Of a DNA stretch of 64,000 bases, positions 49,206-59,476 are shown one piece after another; the first letter of the stretch is position 1, and each line of letters begins with the position of its first letter. Below the pieces are notes generated by a model, which ran no database searches, was not told where the DNA came from, and was given only the letters and a program-made list of their open reading frames with translations. Origin of the DNA: an uncultured virus (IMG/VR IMGVR_UViG_3300021599_000853) (lineage: Duplodnaviria; Heunggongvirae; Uroviricota; Caudoviricetes). The stretch lies in the IMG/VR virus record IMGVR_UViG_3300021599_000853, positions 1 through 64,000 of that record. One strand, 5' to 3'. The position numbers and the translations under genes are program-made.

Positions 49206-50957
49206 ATGCAAAAAAATATACCAGAAATTGAGGCTAAAGAAATATTATCCACTTACGAAGGGTATAATAATCAATTATTAGAATGGAAAGATAAATTTAT
49301 TAATTTAAAAAATTTTAAATTAACAAGACCACAATCCGATTATGTAATAAAATACCATATGATAAAACCTAAGGTCGCTAAAAAATATTTAAATTTAGTA
49401 CCAAGTTTTGGTGAAAAAATAAGAGAAGATAAATTATTACCTAAAGTACCTGAAAAAATTTGGTGTGAAAAATTATTATGCGAAACAGAAAAAGCTTATC
49501 ATATTTGGGGTAAAATTTTAGACACCGAACAAAATTACGCATTTTGGTTACCTAAAGGTGCGATACTACAAGAAGAAAAAAAATTAGATAGAGTTATTGA
49601 TTATTCTAAATACGAAAAAAGACCACCTATGGAACATCAGAAAGTGGCAATTGAAAAATTATTGGCGAATAATAAATTTATTTTAGCGGATGATATGGGG
49701 TTGGGTAAAACTACGTCTGCTGTGATCGCCTCATTAGAATCTGAAGCAAAAAAAATACTGATTGTTTGTCCCGCATCACTTAAAATAAATTGGGAAAGAG
49801 AAATTAAAAATTATAGTGATAGAAAAATATTAATTGTTGAAGGTCGTAAATGGGGATCAACATTTGATTATTATATCATAAATTATGATATTATTAAAAA
49901 TTATCACACAACAGAAAATGGTGAAAATAGTGACGATTATAAATTATTAGAAAACGCGGGTTTCGATTTAGCAATAGTTGATGAAGCACATTATATATCA
50001 AACAATACAGCACAAAGAACAAGATTATTAAACGATATTCTTGGAAAAATACCAAAAGTTTGGTTATTAACGGGTACTCCTATGACATCAAGACCAATAA
50101 ATTATTATAATCTTCTAAAACTTGTTGATTCACCATTAACATTAAATTGGCAACATTATGTTTACAGATATTGTAAAGGTTATCAATTTAGGGTGGGTAA
50201 TAGAAAAGTCTGGAATACAAGTGGAGCTAGTAATTTGGATGAATTACGTGAGAGAACAAAAAATATTGTTTTAAGAAGAATGAAAACAGATATTCTTGAT
50301 CTACCTGAAAAAATAATAACTCCTGTTTTCTTAGATCTAAAAAGTACTTTCTATAATGAAGAATTAGAAGAATTTATGAGGATCAGTAAAGAAAACAAAA
50401 AAGAAGAAAGTTTGAGTGTTACAATAAATCGTTTAATGAAAGTTAGACAAGTTATTGCTCAAGAAAAAGTACCATACACTTGTGAATTAATTGATAAGTT
50501 TTTAGAACAAGACAAGAAGGTAATTGTGTTTACAAATTTCACAAATACTTTAGAAATGATACAAGAAAAATACAAAAAAAATTCAGTTATTTTAGATGGT
50601 CGTATGTCTAAAATAAAAAGACAAGAAAGTGTTGATAGGTTTCAAAATGAAGATAAAATAAAGGTTTTTATTTCAAATATTGTCGCTGGCGGTGTGGGAA
50701 TTACATTGACTGCGGCGGAAGGTGTTATTATGAATGATTTATCATTTGTACCCGCTCATCATTCACAGGCGGAAGATAGGGCATATAGATATGGGCAAAA
50801 AAATAGTGTTCTCGTATATTATCCAATATTTGAAAATACTATAGAAATGATAGTATATAATATTCTAAATAAGAAAAAAGGTATTATAGATCAAGTTATG
50901 GGTGATGGTGAATATTCCGAAAACTTTACTACTGAACTTTTAAGCTCAATTCTTTAA
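49206..50957 (+). CDS. SNF2-family helicase (SMARCAL1/HARP-like)
   Basis: Plus strand reads ATG CAA AAA AAT at 49206, so the track's minus label is wrong; LADDMGLGKT, DEAH, LTGTP, QAEDRAYRYGQ. Confidence 0.92.
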   Translation: MQKNIPEIEAKEILSTYEGYNNQLLEWKDKFINLKNFKLTRPQSDYVIKYHMIKPKVAKKYLNLVPSFGEKIREDKLLPKVPEKIWCEKLLCETEKAYHIWGKILDTEQNYAFWLPKGAILQEEKKLDRVIDYSKYEKRPPMEHQKVAIEKLLANNKFILADDMGLGKTTSAVIASLESEAKKILIVCPASLKINWEREIKNYSDRKILIVEGRKWGSTFDYYIINYDIIKNYHTTENGENSDDYKLLENAGFDLAIVDEAHYISNNTAQRTRLLNDILGKIPKVWLLTGTPMTSRPINYYNLLKLVDSPLTLNWQHYVYRYCKGYQFRVGNRKVWNTSGASNLDELRERTKNIVLRRMKTDILDLPEKIITPVFLDLKSTFYNEELEEFMRISKENKKEESLSVTINRLMKVRQVIAQEKVPYTCELIDKFLEQDKKVIVFTNFTNTLEMIQEKYKKNSVILDGRMSKIKRQESVDRFQNEDKIKVFISNIVAGGVGITLTAAEGVIMNDLSFVPAHHSQAEDRAYRYGQKNSVLVYYPIFENTIEMIVYNILNKKKGIIDQVMGDGEYSENFTTELLSSIL

Positions 50958-51147
50958 ATTTTTCTTCTAACATATTTTTAAGATTTTTATCTGTATCATC
51001 ACATATATTAATCAAAACTTCATCATCTCTTAGATTAACATAATTTTTAGATCCTGAAGTCTGAAATGACAACCCAATTTTGTTTTTACCACAAAATTGT
51101 AAAAACTCCATTAAAATGTTAGTGACATTATTATTCATAATAAGCAA
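50929..51147 (-). CDS. Small hypothetical protein
   Basis: 72 aa ORF filling the gap between the helicase and neck genes. Confidence 0.45.
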   Translation of the reverse strand: MLIMNNNVTNILMEFLQFCGKNKIGLSFQTSGSKNYVNLRDDEVLINICDDTDKNLKNMLEEKFKELSLKVQ

Positions 51148-51179
51148 ATATAAGATATTTATTATAAAATAAGAAATCT

Positions 51180-52301
51180 ATGTCAGCAACTATAATATCA
51201 CCATCAGAAAAAGAAAAATTATTTACACAAGTTCTACATCTTTTAGGTATGCCAGTTAGAGGTGTGGAATTAACTGAAGAACAAATGAATAGTTTTTTAG
51301 AAATGGCCATATCTGAATATGAACAATATGTTAGTGATTGGTTAATAGAATCACAATGGTCATCTTTAGCTAATTTAGATGTCGATACAAATTCATTAAC
51401 CAGAGCTTTCACAAACAGAAGTTTAGATTATGAAACTCAATATACTTACGCGTACTCTAAAATAGTTGGATTACAAGCGGGTGGTCCTTGGGAGCTAAAA
51501 AAAGATTATTTTGATTTGGAAAGAAATCAACAAACATACGTTATCCCTGCTGGTCGTGAAATAAATGAATTATTATGGTACACAAGAGCAACATTAACAG
51601 ATTCAATTGTTGACCCATTTTTAGGTGGATTTGGTGGTCTTGGTGGTGTTGCGTTTGGTGGTGTTGGTGGTTTTGCACAAGTAGGTGCGGCCGGTTCATA
51701 TTTCTTATTACCTGCATTTGATTTATTACTAAGAATGGGTGACAGGAATATTAAAAACAGATTAATCGGTGGTGATTTAACATATAGAATAACAGCGGGT
51801 CCAAATGGAACTAAAATTGTACATTTATTAAATGTACCTGGAGGTAAGTTTGATTTCGGATCAATACAGAATAATCGTCAAAGAGTTTGGTATTGGTATT
51901 ATGATGCCGGTGACAATAGAGATGAATGTTTAGAAAAAAATAAAGATATTATTAGATTACCTTCAGATGTTATGACTGAACCATTAGTATGGGAAGATTT
52001 AAATAAACCATCACAAAACTGGGTTAGAAAATATTTTATTGGATATTGTAAAGAAGGATTGGCCAGAATTTGGGGTAAATTTTCTGGAGACCTTAAAGTA
52101 CCTGATAGTGAAGTTAAACTAGATTATAGTTCATTGTTAACTGAAGGTAAAGATGAAAGATTAAAATTAGTTGAAGAATTAATGGCACGTTTAGAAAGAA
52201 TGCGTCCCGATAAACTTTTGGAAAGAAAGAAAAACGAAGCGGAATTTCTTAACGGTTCATTGAAATATAGACCTATCCAATCTTTGATAAATGTGATCTA
52301 A
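51180..52301 (+). CDS. Neck/head-tail adaptor protein (T4 gp13-like)
   Basis: LGMPVRGVELTEEQ N-terminus; KEGLARIWGKFSG...EGKDE C-terminus; TATTTAT upstream. Confidence 0.7.
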   Translation: MSATIISPSEKEKLFTQVLHLLGMPVRGVELTEEQMNSFLEMAISEYEQYVSDWLIESQWSSLANLDVDTNSLTRAFTNRSLDYETQYTYAYSKIVGLQAGGPWELKKDYFDLERNQQTYVIPAGREINELLWYTRATLTDSIVDPFLGGFGGLGGVAFGGVGGFAQVGAAGSYFLLPAFDLLLRMGDRNIKNRLIGGDLTYRITAGPNGTKIVHLLNVPGGKFDFGSIQNNRQRVWYWYYDAGDNRDECLEKNKDIIRLPSDVMTEPLVWEDLNKPSQNWVRKYFIGYCKEGLARIWGKFSGDLKVPDSEVKLDYSSLLTEGKDERLKLVEELMARLERMRPDKLLERKKNEAEFLNGSLKYRPIQSLINVI

Positions 52302-55195
52302 CTTTCTACTGAATGAAATGAGTAATCGTTTCCATTAGTTTCTATAATTTCATCTTCATTAGACATAATACTATTTTCTTGGTGTTTAACCACTTTTCTA
52401 TTATGTTCTATCCAATGTTGGTCAACTAAGTTAAGACTATCTTCCACATACATAAAATATGGATCACGATTAACCCTATTCCAAAATAATACTTCACTAT
52501 CGGAAAGTGTCATTACTTCATTGAAATTATCCTGTCCACCTTCTTTTAATGGATGTCCACTAATCAATTCACATTGTGATTTAGTGAAGTATTGACGATC
52601 TTTCGGATCTTCTATTAATATATCTTCTCTTATTTCAGGTTTAAATACAACTAATAATGGTTCTATTCTTTTATTGAAATTATTAAGATAACGAGGTACA
52701 TTATAATCACCAGTCATGTTAGGGTTATTCTGAATATCTTTTTCTGAAACCATGTAACAATTAACTTCTATAAAATCATTAGGCATTTCCACACCATATT
52801 TTTTAAGATATTCTTCTTGTTGTTTTTTAGTTGGTTTAGTTATTTTTTGTACATCACCAGATGATTTTTTAATACCATTATTGATATAGTATATTGTTTC
52901 ACCCAAACCGGCAGGGTAGTTATTTTGAATAACTAATTCCATATGCGCCTGTCTTGACATTAATGATCCCGCTTTAGTTGTTTTCTTTATGTGTTTTTTA
53001 TAATCTTCCACACTTTGTTTTACACGTGATTTGTTCGCTATTTTAGATAATGGAATTTCTTTATTATGTATCTTTTCAACATACGAATAATATAATTCAA
53101 CAAATGAATGTCCATCACCATTTAACAAATATTTTAAACCTTCATCTAAAAACTCAACAATATATTGTTGTAATTTTTTTGATTTAATTGTATTGCCTGT
53201 TAACTTTATTTTTTCTTTACCTTTCTTAATTAATTTAATGATATAGTTTTTCCTCGATACATTTATACAGGACGGAGCAACATAATCAATATCTAACCCC
53301 ATCTCATTCCTCATAAAAATATCGTTAAACTCCGCAGTATCCGCTTCAATACCTTTATATTCTTTTCCTTCTGTAACTAATTCATTTAATCCTTTACCAA
53401 TATAAACGTGATCGTTAATGTCTTCTGGTGTTTCAAAGTTAACACCATCAGTATCCATAACAAGAGGTTTATATCCTTTCTTCATAAAAAACATAATCAT
53501 CATACGAAGACATTGTCTACCTACACATGTAATAGTTTCACCCATATTCATATCACCCCATGGAAATACCTGTGGCGCCGACAGTGAACCAAAATATGCG
53601 TTGATGAATATTTTAATTGGTAATTGTTTTCTATCGTACATTTCTGATTCAACAGGATTTGTTTTAGCAAGTTCACCGGCAAGTCTTTTATATTTGATAC
53701 GAATGTTACGGAAATATTTTAACATTGATTTTTGTACACCCATAACATCACAATCAGGAAATACATCATATACAAGTTGAATTGATGGATAAAGAGATGC
53801 GTAGTCAAACTTAACAATATTCTTTGCATAGCCCACATTTAACAATCTTGACAATCCACCCGTGATTGCTCTTTTTTCATCTTTTTCGGGTATTGCCAAA
53901 TTATTTTCATAAGACCATGCCAACATTATTATTTTCCATAATGTTGCAGTGCCCATTGTTGCAACTCTTTCATAAGTTGTCGGTACTAATTTAGATAGTA
54001 AAAATGTCGATTGACTAAAAGAATCATCAACAATCATTGTTTCATAAAGATCATCATCCAAATATTGTTCCACAATTCTTTTACCTGGCCATATTTCGTA
54101 TTTACCAGGATATTTCTCTAATAAACCCTCAGTACCTTTTTCACCAATTTTTTTGTAATTACCCGTTTTTGGATTTAGATAATATAATTCATTGTCTAAA
54201 TAAATTTTAGAAATGTATGCACCATCAACGTATACACGATTTTCTTTTTCTTTTTCAAGATATTTCGTAATATATTTCAAACCCCAAGATTTAATCTCAG
54301 AATTTATTGCTTGTGCTCTTCTTACAGAATGAGCAATATCGATTATATTAAATCCCCAAATAACGTGTTGAGTATACGGTTCGATCTCATTGGCGAGTTT
54401 TAGTATTCCCTCTTTTTCTTTCATTCCCTGTGACGTTAAAATACTTGTCAATTCATCAACATTAACACCAAGTATTTCCGCTCTTTTCAGTATAAAAGGG
54501 AAGTCAAATGATGCAGAATTATAACCACCGATTATTGTTGGTTTTAATTCTCTTATTGTTTTAAAAAATTCCTCAATACATCTTTTTTCACCATCATCAC
54601 CAAAAGCGTCGATTGTTTTAACCAAACCACGATTATCTTTCATACCGATTAAGATTATCTTATTGGTTTCAGGTTCAAGACCCGTTGTCTCAATATCGAA
54701 TACAAGTCTATGTACACCACTATAATCATCAATACCCTTGAACAATCTTTTTTTCTTTTGAATTAGATATTGTTCAACAGGTGATAATATTGTAAAATAT
54801 TTTTTAGTTTCATCACCCCAAGGATTTAACCCACCGAATCTAAAGAAATTAATTAATTCGGTATAACCTTTAATACTTTTAACGAGAAACTTCATCCCGT
54901 TTTCTAATCGTTCGTTACCATGGGTTTCTAACTTCTCAATGATAATACCAAACTCACCCATTTTTTTCTTTTGGGTCATTTTACTATTATTGTAGAAATT
55001 TAAACCATTTAGATCGGAAACCCATAAAAATGGAGTAAAAGTGTCGGGTACAACAATTTTACCCTTTTGAGGGTCTTGTATAATTTTATAAATCTTATTT
55101 GTGGGATAATCGTATTCTACACCAACGATAAACTCTTCGGGATCTGCACCGTTTAGGAAGTTCTCGATAACTTCCTGAGAAATAACTTCTTTCAT
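52298..55195 (-). CDS. Family B DNA polymerase with 3'-5' exonuclease
   Basis: FDIETTG, YNSASFD, DYASLYPS, KIFINAYFG, MDTDG. Confidence 0.95.
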   Translation of the reverse strand: MKEVISQEVIENFLNGADPEEFIVGVEYDYPTNKIYKIIQDPQKGKIVVPDTFTPFLWVSDLNGLNFYNNSKMTQKKKMGEFGIIIEKLETHGNERLENGMKFLVKSIKGYTELINFFRFGGLNPWGDETKKYFTILSPVEQYLIQKKKRLFKGIDDYSGVHRLVFDIETTGLEPETNKIILIGMKDNRGLVKTIDAFGDDGEKRCIEEFFKTIRELKPTIIGGYNSASFDFPFILKRAEILGVNVDELTSILTSQGMKEKEGILKLANEIEPYTQHVIWGFNIIDIAHSVRRAQAINSEIKSWGLKYITKYLEKEKENRVYVDGAYISKIYLDNELYYLNPKTGNYKKIGEKGTEGLLEKYPGKYEIWPGKRIVEQYLDDDLYETMIVDDSFSQSTFLLSKLVPTTYERVATMGTATLWKIIMLAWSYENNLAIPEKDEKRAITGGLSRLLNVGYAKNIVKFDYASLYPSIQLVYDVFPDCDVMGVQKSMLKYFRNIRIKYKRLAGELAKTNPVESEMYDRKQLPIKIFINAYFGSLSAPQVFPWGDMNMGETITCVGRQCLRMMIMFFMKKGYKPLVMDTDGVNFETPEDINDHVYIGKGLNELVTEGKEYKGIEADTAEFNDIFMRNEMGLDIDYVAPSCINVSRKNYIIKLIKKGKEKIKLTGNTIKSKKLQQYIVEFLDEGLKYLLNGDGHSFVELYYSYVEKIHNKEIPLSKIANKSRVKQSVEDYKKHIKKTTKAGSLMSRQAHMELVIQNNYPAGLGETIYYINNGIKKSSGDVQKITKPTKKQQEEYLKKYGVEMPNDFIEVNCYMVSEKDIQNNPNMTGDYNVPRYLNNFNKRIEPLLVVFKPEIREDILIEDPKDRQYFTKSQCELISGHPLKEGGQDNFNEVMTLSDSEVLFWNRVNRDPYFMYVEDSLNLVDQHWIEHNRKVVKHQENSIMSNEDEIIETNGNDYSFHSVES

Positions 55196-55212
55196 TATTA
55201 TATTTTTAAATG

Positions 55213-55248
55213 TGACACATTAGCTTACCGAAAATCGGTAGTTTGCCT
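55213..55248 (-). promoter_or_regulatory. Hairpin element in the polymerase 5' leader
   Basis: GGCAAAC-UACCGA-UUU-UCGGUA-AGCUAAUGUGUC, about 20-50 nt upstream of the ATG. Confidence 0.45.
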
Positions 55249-55257
55249 TAACATCAA

Positions 55258-55289
55258 TAAATATAATTAAAAAATAAGGTTAAATCAAA
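55258..55289 (-). promoter_or_regulatory. Bacteroidota-type housekeeping-sigma promoter candidate for the polymerase gene
   Basis: TTTG-N20-TATATTTA versus consensus TTTG-N19-21-TAnnTTTG (one mismatch). Confidence 0.45.
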
Positions 55290-55653
55290 AAATGTTAATA
55301 AAAAGTTTTTCTTTTAGAGGTACGATTAATTTTGTTGTGGGATTTGAATTTGTGTCTAAAAACTGAATGGTGATAACACCTTCGAATTTACCCTTTACTG
55401 AAGTACCTTCTTCCGTGAATCTATAAGTAATATAATATTCATCAGTTGTTTGATCGTATTTTTTTGTTCTTGTTGTTAATAAACATTGACCATTTAAAAT
55501 TTGTGGTTCCTCCGTTTTTACATCAAACATGTCAAATGTTATGTCACAACTTTCCAACATATCATTGAAAGATGACTTATCATTTTTTCCGTCATCAATC
55601 AATCTTAACTTTAAAATAGGTTCTGTGGCTCCCTGTCTGATATTAAACTCCAT
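55285..55653 (-). CDS. Putative virion protein (BppU N-terminal-like beta domain)
   Basis: MEFNIRQGATEPILKLRL...LIVP..EKLFINI; TATTTAT upstream. Confidence 0.5.
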   Translation of the reverse strand: MEFNIRQGATEPILKLRLIDDGKNDKSSFNDMLESCDITFDMFDVKTEEPQILNGQCLLTTRTKKYDQTTDEYYITYRFTEEGTSVKGKFEGVITIQFLDTNSNPTTKLIVPLKEKLFINIF

Positions 55654-55679
55654 TTATTCTTTTACAATAAATATTCAAA

Positions 55680-57935
55680 CTAGGATTCTTTTCTTAATTT
55701 ACCATCATAAAAATCAAATCTATTGTGTTCTGTTGGGGTTAATAACAATAATGTATTACCTGTTTTACTAACAATTTGTGGCCAATTACAATAATATACT
55801 TCACCAGTTACATATGAAAGATTTTCTGATGTGAAAATATTTTTAAAATTAGTTCTGGGGGCATTGGGATCTAACCCTATTTTAGGTAAATTTCTCTTGT
55901 TTGGCCAGAACTTTTCTCTTATATTTTGTGGTACATTGTACCATGACCATTGAGTACCGTTATCTCCAAAAAATTCACTATAGTTTAATTTTAAAAAATC
56001 AAAATTATTTTTATGTGTAATTTTAAGTGACTTTTTAAATAAATCTTTTACGTATCTATTGAATCCATTTCTACAAACCTCACCTTCTTTAGGATAAAAA
56101 AACATATCGTCTTCAAAAAATAACATGTAATCACTATCACTTTCATCGAAATGTTCTGCAATCCATTGTCTTCCACCACAAATTCCTAAATTATCTTTTT
56201 TTATGTGTTCAAATCCATACTTTTCACATAATTCGATATATTTTGGTGTTGTTGATGAATCGGTAGAATTATCTAACAAATATTTTTTTGTCTTTTTAAT
56301 ATAGTTTATATCATATTCTTCCATTGATTTTAGAAGTGTCTCAAATTGATTTGGACTATTGAATGTTATTACATATAGTGAAACTTTATTAATATCCAAA
56401 TCATTTTCTATTACTGTTTCATCATCTGCAATGTGTGTTATTTTTTCAGATTTAATAACTAAATTATCATTTTTTAAATCCTCAAAAAATTTAGAAACTA
56501 ATCCATTACCATTTATTTCTGAATATGTTATTGATTGAGGGTATTTGTAAGTCATAATTGTGAAAATACTCTCTTCTGTCCCCATTAAATTATTATTTAA
56601 TGTTTCTTGTAATAATCCATAATAAATCGAGTTTATTTCACTTATACTTTCTTTTAATCCACCAAAAAACCCACCTCTAGCCACTTTATTAACTTTTGAT
56701 CCTGAATAATTATTCATTTCAGAAATTTCAAATCCATGTATTTCTGTTGTTGTTTCATATGGGAAACAAATAAAATGAAAATTATTAACATATTTTGGTA
56801 GTTTTTCTAAAACATTATCGTGTGTAAAATAACCCATATGAACAGTATTCGCTAAACCCGCATCAATCCAAAACAAATATTCAGAATTAAATTTATCTAA
56901 AATTTTTGCATCGTGTAATAAAAAAACTTTAGACATCACTAATGGATTATACAACTCTAATTTTGCCTGTGTTGAATCTTTCAACCAACCTACTTGGTTA
57001 AACCAATTTGGATTATTTCTTATTTTTTGAATCTTATCGAAAAATTCGTTATTCTTGAACCAAGATAAATCTCTTAAAATAAATTGAGTGTTTTTACCAC
57101 TTCTTTTTGAAAAAACAAATTTTTGTAATTCTTCATCACCAAAAACAATTAAATTTTCTTTTATTTCTAATAATTTAGAAAATTTATCTAAGTAGTGATC
57201 ATAAGATCTTGACCATCCTTCAGTTAAATTAGATCGTCCTAAATCCCACAAACCTGTTACTAATGTAACACCACCATTTTTAACAAAGTAGTTTTCATCC
57301 ATTTTTCTATTTTTTCTATACACACCAACATGTTCAACTATTTCTTTTGTTGTATTGTCAACATTTTTACTTTTAAGAAAATCATCTATTGCCAATTTTA
57401 CACCAGGTAAGTCATGTCTGTTATAATCATGAAAACATATATAACCACCATCCGAAACCCTATCCCAAATTTTTTCCAAACTATCGTATATTGAAGTATA
57501 AAAATCACCATCTAAAAATGCGAAAGAAATTTTTTCAGGTAGATTATCTTCAGGTATATCTTTAAACCAATTTTTATTTATTATTGGGACTGGAAGATTA
57601 TTTTTTTGAAAATTTTGAATTAACACTTGTTGTGTTGTTTTTAATGTCCCTGCTCTCCATCCCGTATTTTTTTCTATTTCTGACAACTCCGGTAACCCCT
57701 CAAAAGAATCATATACATATAAATTTTTATTTGATGAGGTCTCTATTAATGTTTTCATCAAGTATTTACTTGATTCACCAACGTAACATCCTAATTCAAC
57801 GACATCACCATCAACATTATCTTCTATTGTGTGTAATAATAAATCAACCAATAATTCTATCTGTGAAAAAGAAATTATAGATGCGTCTACACGAACGTTA
57901 TCAAAATTTAATATTTTTTCTCTAACTAAACTCAT
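55680..57935 (-). CDS. TylF/MycF-like O-methyltransferase fused to HtrL/YibB-like and GT-A glycosyltransferase domains
   Basis: GDVVELGCYVG, DSFEGLP, FLDGDFYTS, HDY (TylF); TLVTGLWDLGR, FWIDAG (HtrL); FFEDDM (DxD-like). Confidence 0.8.
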   Translation of the reverse strand: MSLVREKILNFDNVRVDASIISFSQIELLVDLLLHTIEDNVDGDVVELGCYVGESSKYLMKTLIETSSNKNLYVYDSFEGLPELSEIEKNTGWRAGTLKTTQQVLIQNFQKNNLPVPIINKNWFKDIPEDNLPEKISFAFLDGDFYTSIYDSLEKIWDRVSDGGYICFHDYNRHDLPGVKLAIDDFLKSKNVDNTTKEIVEHVGVYRKNRKMDENYFVKNGGVTLVTGLWDLGRSNLTEGWSRSYDHYLDKFSKLLEIKENLIVFGDEELQKFVFSKRSGKNTQFILRDLSWFKNNEFFDKIQKIRNNPNWFNQVGWLKDSTQAKLELYNPLVMSKVFLLHDAKILDKFNSEYLFWIDAGLANTVHMGYFTHDNVLEKLPKYVNNFHFICFPYETTTEIHGFEISEMNNYSGSKVNKVARGGFFGGLKESISEINSIYYGLLQETLNNNLMGTEESIFTIMTYKYPQSITYSEINGNGLVSKFFEDLKNDNLVIKSEKITHIADDETVIENDLDINKVSLYVITFNSPNQFETLLKSMEEYDINYIKKTKKYLLDNSTDSSTTPKYIELCEKYGFEHIKKDNLGICGGRQWIAEHFDESDSDYMLFFEDDMFFYPKEGEVCRNGFNRYVKDLFKKSLKITHKNNFDFLKLNYSEFFGDNGTQWSWYNVPQNIREKFWPNKRNLPKIGLDPNAPRTNFKNIFTSENLSYVTGEVYYCNWPQIVSKTGNTLLLLTPTEHNRFDFYDGKLRKES

Positions 57936-57945
57936 AATATTTTTT

Positions 57946-59475
57946 TTAATTGAAATACCCTAATTTATAAAAATAATTTTTATTATCATCAATGTTTTCT
58001 GATCTAAAAAGATTACAACCACCTTTTTCGTTTGGTACTGCACTTATAATTGGAAACGATTCAACAACAGGATTAAATTTCCTGTCATTTATATAATTCA
58101 TCACTATTCTTTTTATTTTGTTTTTACCTAAATGTGCGGAAATTACAATATCATCACTCCATGATTTACCAACAAAATCAGTAAAAAAATCTTCGGTAAA
58201 AAATCTTCTTTCTACTGATACTGTTTTATATCCCTCAAGAATTCTAACACTCGTATCTTTATTTAATGTTGTACATAAATGACACGTATTGTCATATGAA
58301 CTTATTCCCGCAAAACCTAAAGCAGTATCTGGATATATTTCTTTTTTCATTAAATGATATTCAATAAAATAATCCATATAATTTATATCATCATCTACAA
58401 TTATTATTATCTGATTTGGATCTAAAATTCTTTTAAGTGTCGGAACAATCTTTGTTATTGAACCATAATCATCACATCTAAAAATTTTTAGTTTTTCTAC
58501 AGTTCTTTCCATTTCTAATAACCACTCAGGTATAATATATTCTTCACCTGTCTTAACATTTATATATGGAATATTAAAATGTATTTCATAATTCTCATAA
58601 GATAGAGTGGTTAATCTCTCTATAACCGATTTAACCCCCCAATCCTGTCTTGTTTCATTTAATCTAGATGGTATAGTAGATAATGTTAAAATAACTTTAG
58701 GTTTATTTTTTAATTCAATCTTTGTGATATCTAAGTTTTCTAAAATGATTTCTTTATTTTCTATAAAATTAAAATCGGACTCTAATGTTTTAACATTTGT
58801 TGTGTTTATTAAAATTGTTTGTCTACCATTTACAAGAGGTATATAACCATTCTCTATTAGATGCGGTGTTAATAGTTTGTCTTTACCTCCATCTTCTGTA
58901 ATGAAATCAGTATCATCAATAATAATTAAATGAACATTAGATAATTTATCTTTTGCCGCTAAAAATGCTTCTAAATGTTTTTCTGCATATTGTGGAGTAC
59001 CCTTATCCCAACCATCTAAAAAAAGAATATCTATTTTTTTATCGAAATTTTTTAAGAATGATATTCCGTCATTTGGGATGTGTACATTTAAGTTATCTGG
59101 CTGTTGTTCCCCAATATTTGAATATGACCAAGATATTGATGTTTTACAATTTTCATCAATATCTACAGTGTGAACATCAAAACCATATTTTGACCAAAAA
59201 AAAGTTGAATGTCCGTCACTACAACATGGTGGAGATACCAAAGGATTTGGTTCTAAATTGAAATAATCAATACATTTTTGTGTGACAGAATATCTTGAGC
59301 TACCAATCTCAACCACTGTTTTTAAATCTAGTTTTTTTCCTAATAATATACCTAATTTTAGATATGGTGCGGATTTAGATCTAAAATTTACGTGATCATC
59401 ACCTGTTAAATTATCAAAGTCCCAAAATTTTTTATCTATCTTAAAATTATTAATTAACTTATAAATTTCTCTCAT
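57946..59475 (-). CDS. SAM-dependent methyltransferase fused to glycosyltransferase
   Basis: VVEIGS, DILFLDG, IIIDD (MTase); LSTIPSR, DYGSITK, IIVDDD, DDIVIS (GT-A). Confidence 0.75.
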   Translation of the reverse strand: MREIYKLINNFKIDKKFWDFDNLTGDDHVNFRSKSAPYLKLGILLGKKLDLKTVVEIGSSRYSVTQKCIDYFNLEPNPLVSPPCCSDGHSTFFWSKYGFDVHTVDIDENCKTSISWSYSNIGEQQPDNLNVHIPNDGISFLKNFDKKIDILFLDGWDKGTPQYAEKHLEAFLAAKDKLSNVHLIIIDDTDFITEDGGKDKLLTPHLIENGYIPLVNGRQTILINTTNVKTLESDFNFIENKEIILENLDITKIELKNKPKVILTLSTIPSRLNETRQDWGVKSVIERLTTLSYENYEIHFNIPYINVKTGEEYIIPEWLLEMERTVEKLKIFRCDDYGSITKIVPTLKRILDPNQIIIIVDDDINYMDYFIEYHLMKKEIYPDTALGFAGISSYDNTCHLCTTLNKDTSVRILEGYKTVSVERRFFTEDFFTDFVGKSWSDDIVISAHLGKNKIKRIVMNYINDRKFNPVVESFPIISAVPNEKGGCNLFRSENIDDNKNYFYKLGYFN

Positions 59476-59476
59476 T

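Noticed and set aside
49206..50957. Minus-strand label for the SNF2 helicase in the ORF track
   Set aside because: The plus strand from 49206 translates directly to MQKNIPEIEAK, so the gene is on +
51131..51412. 93-aa minus-strand ORF and other short nested ORFs in the track
   Set aside because: Antisense to or nested in well-supported genes, with no recognisable motifs
55213..55248. c-di-GMP-I riboswitch call
   Set aside because: Only GGCAAAC matches; the GNRA loop, receptor and P3 are absent
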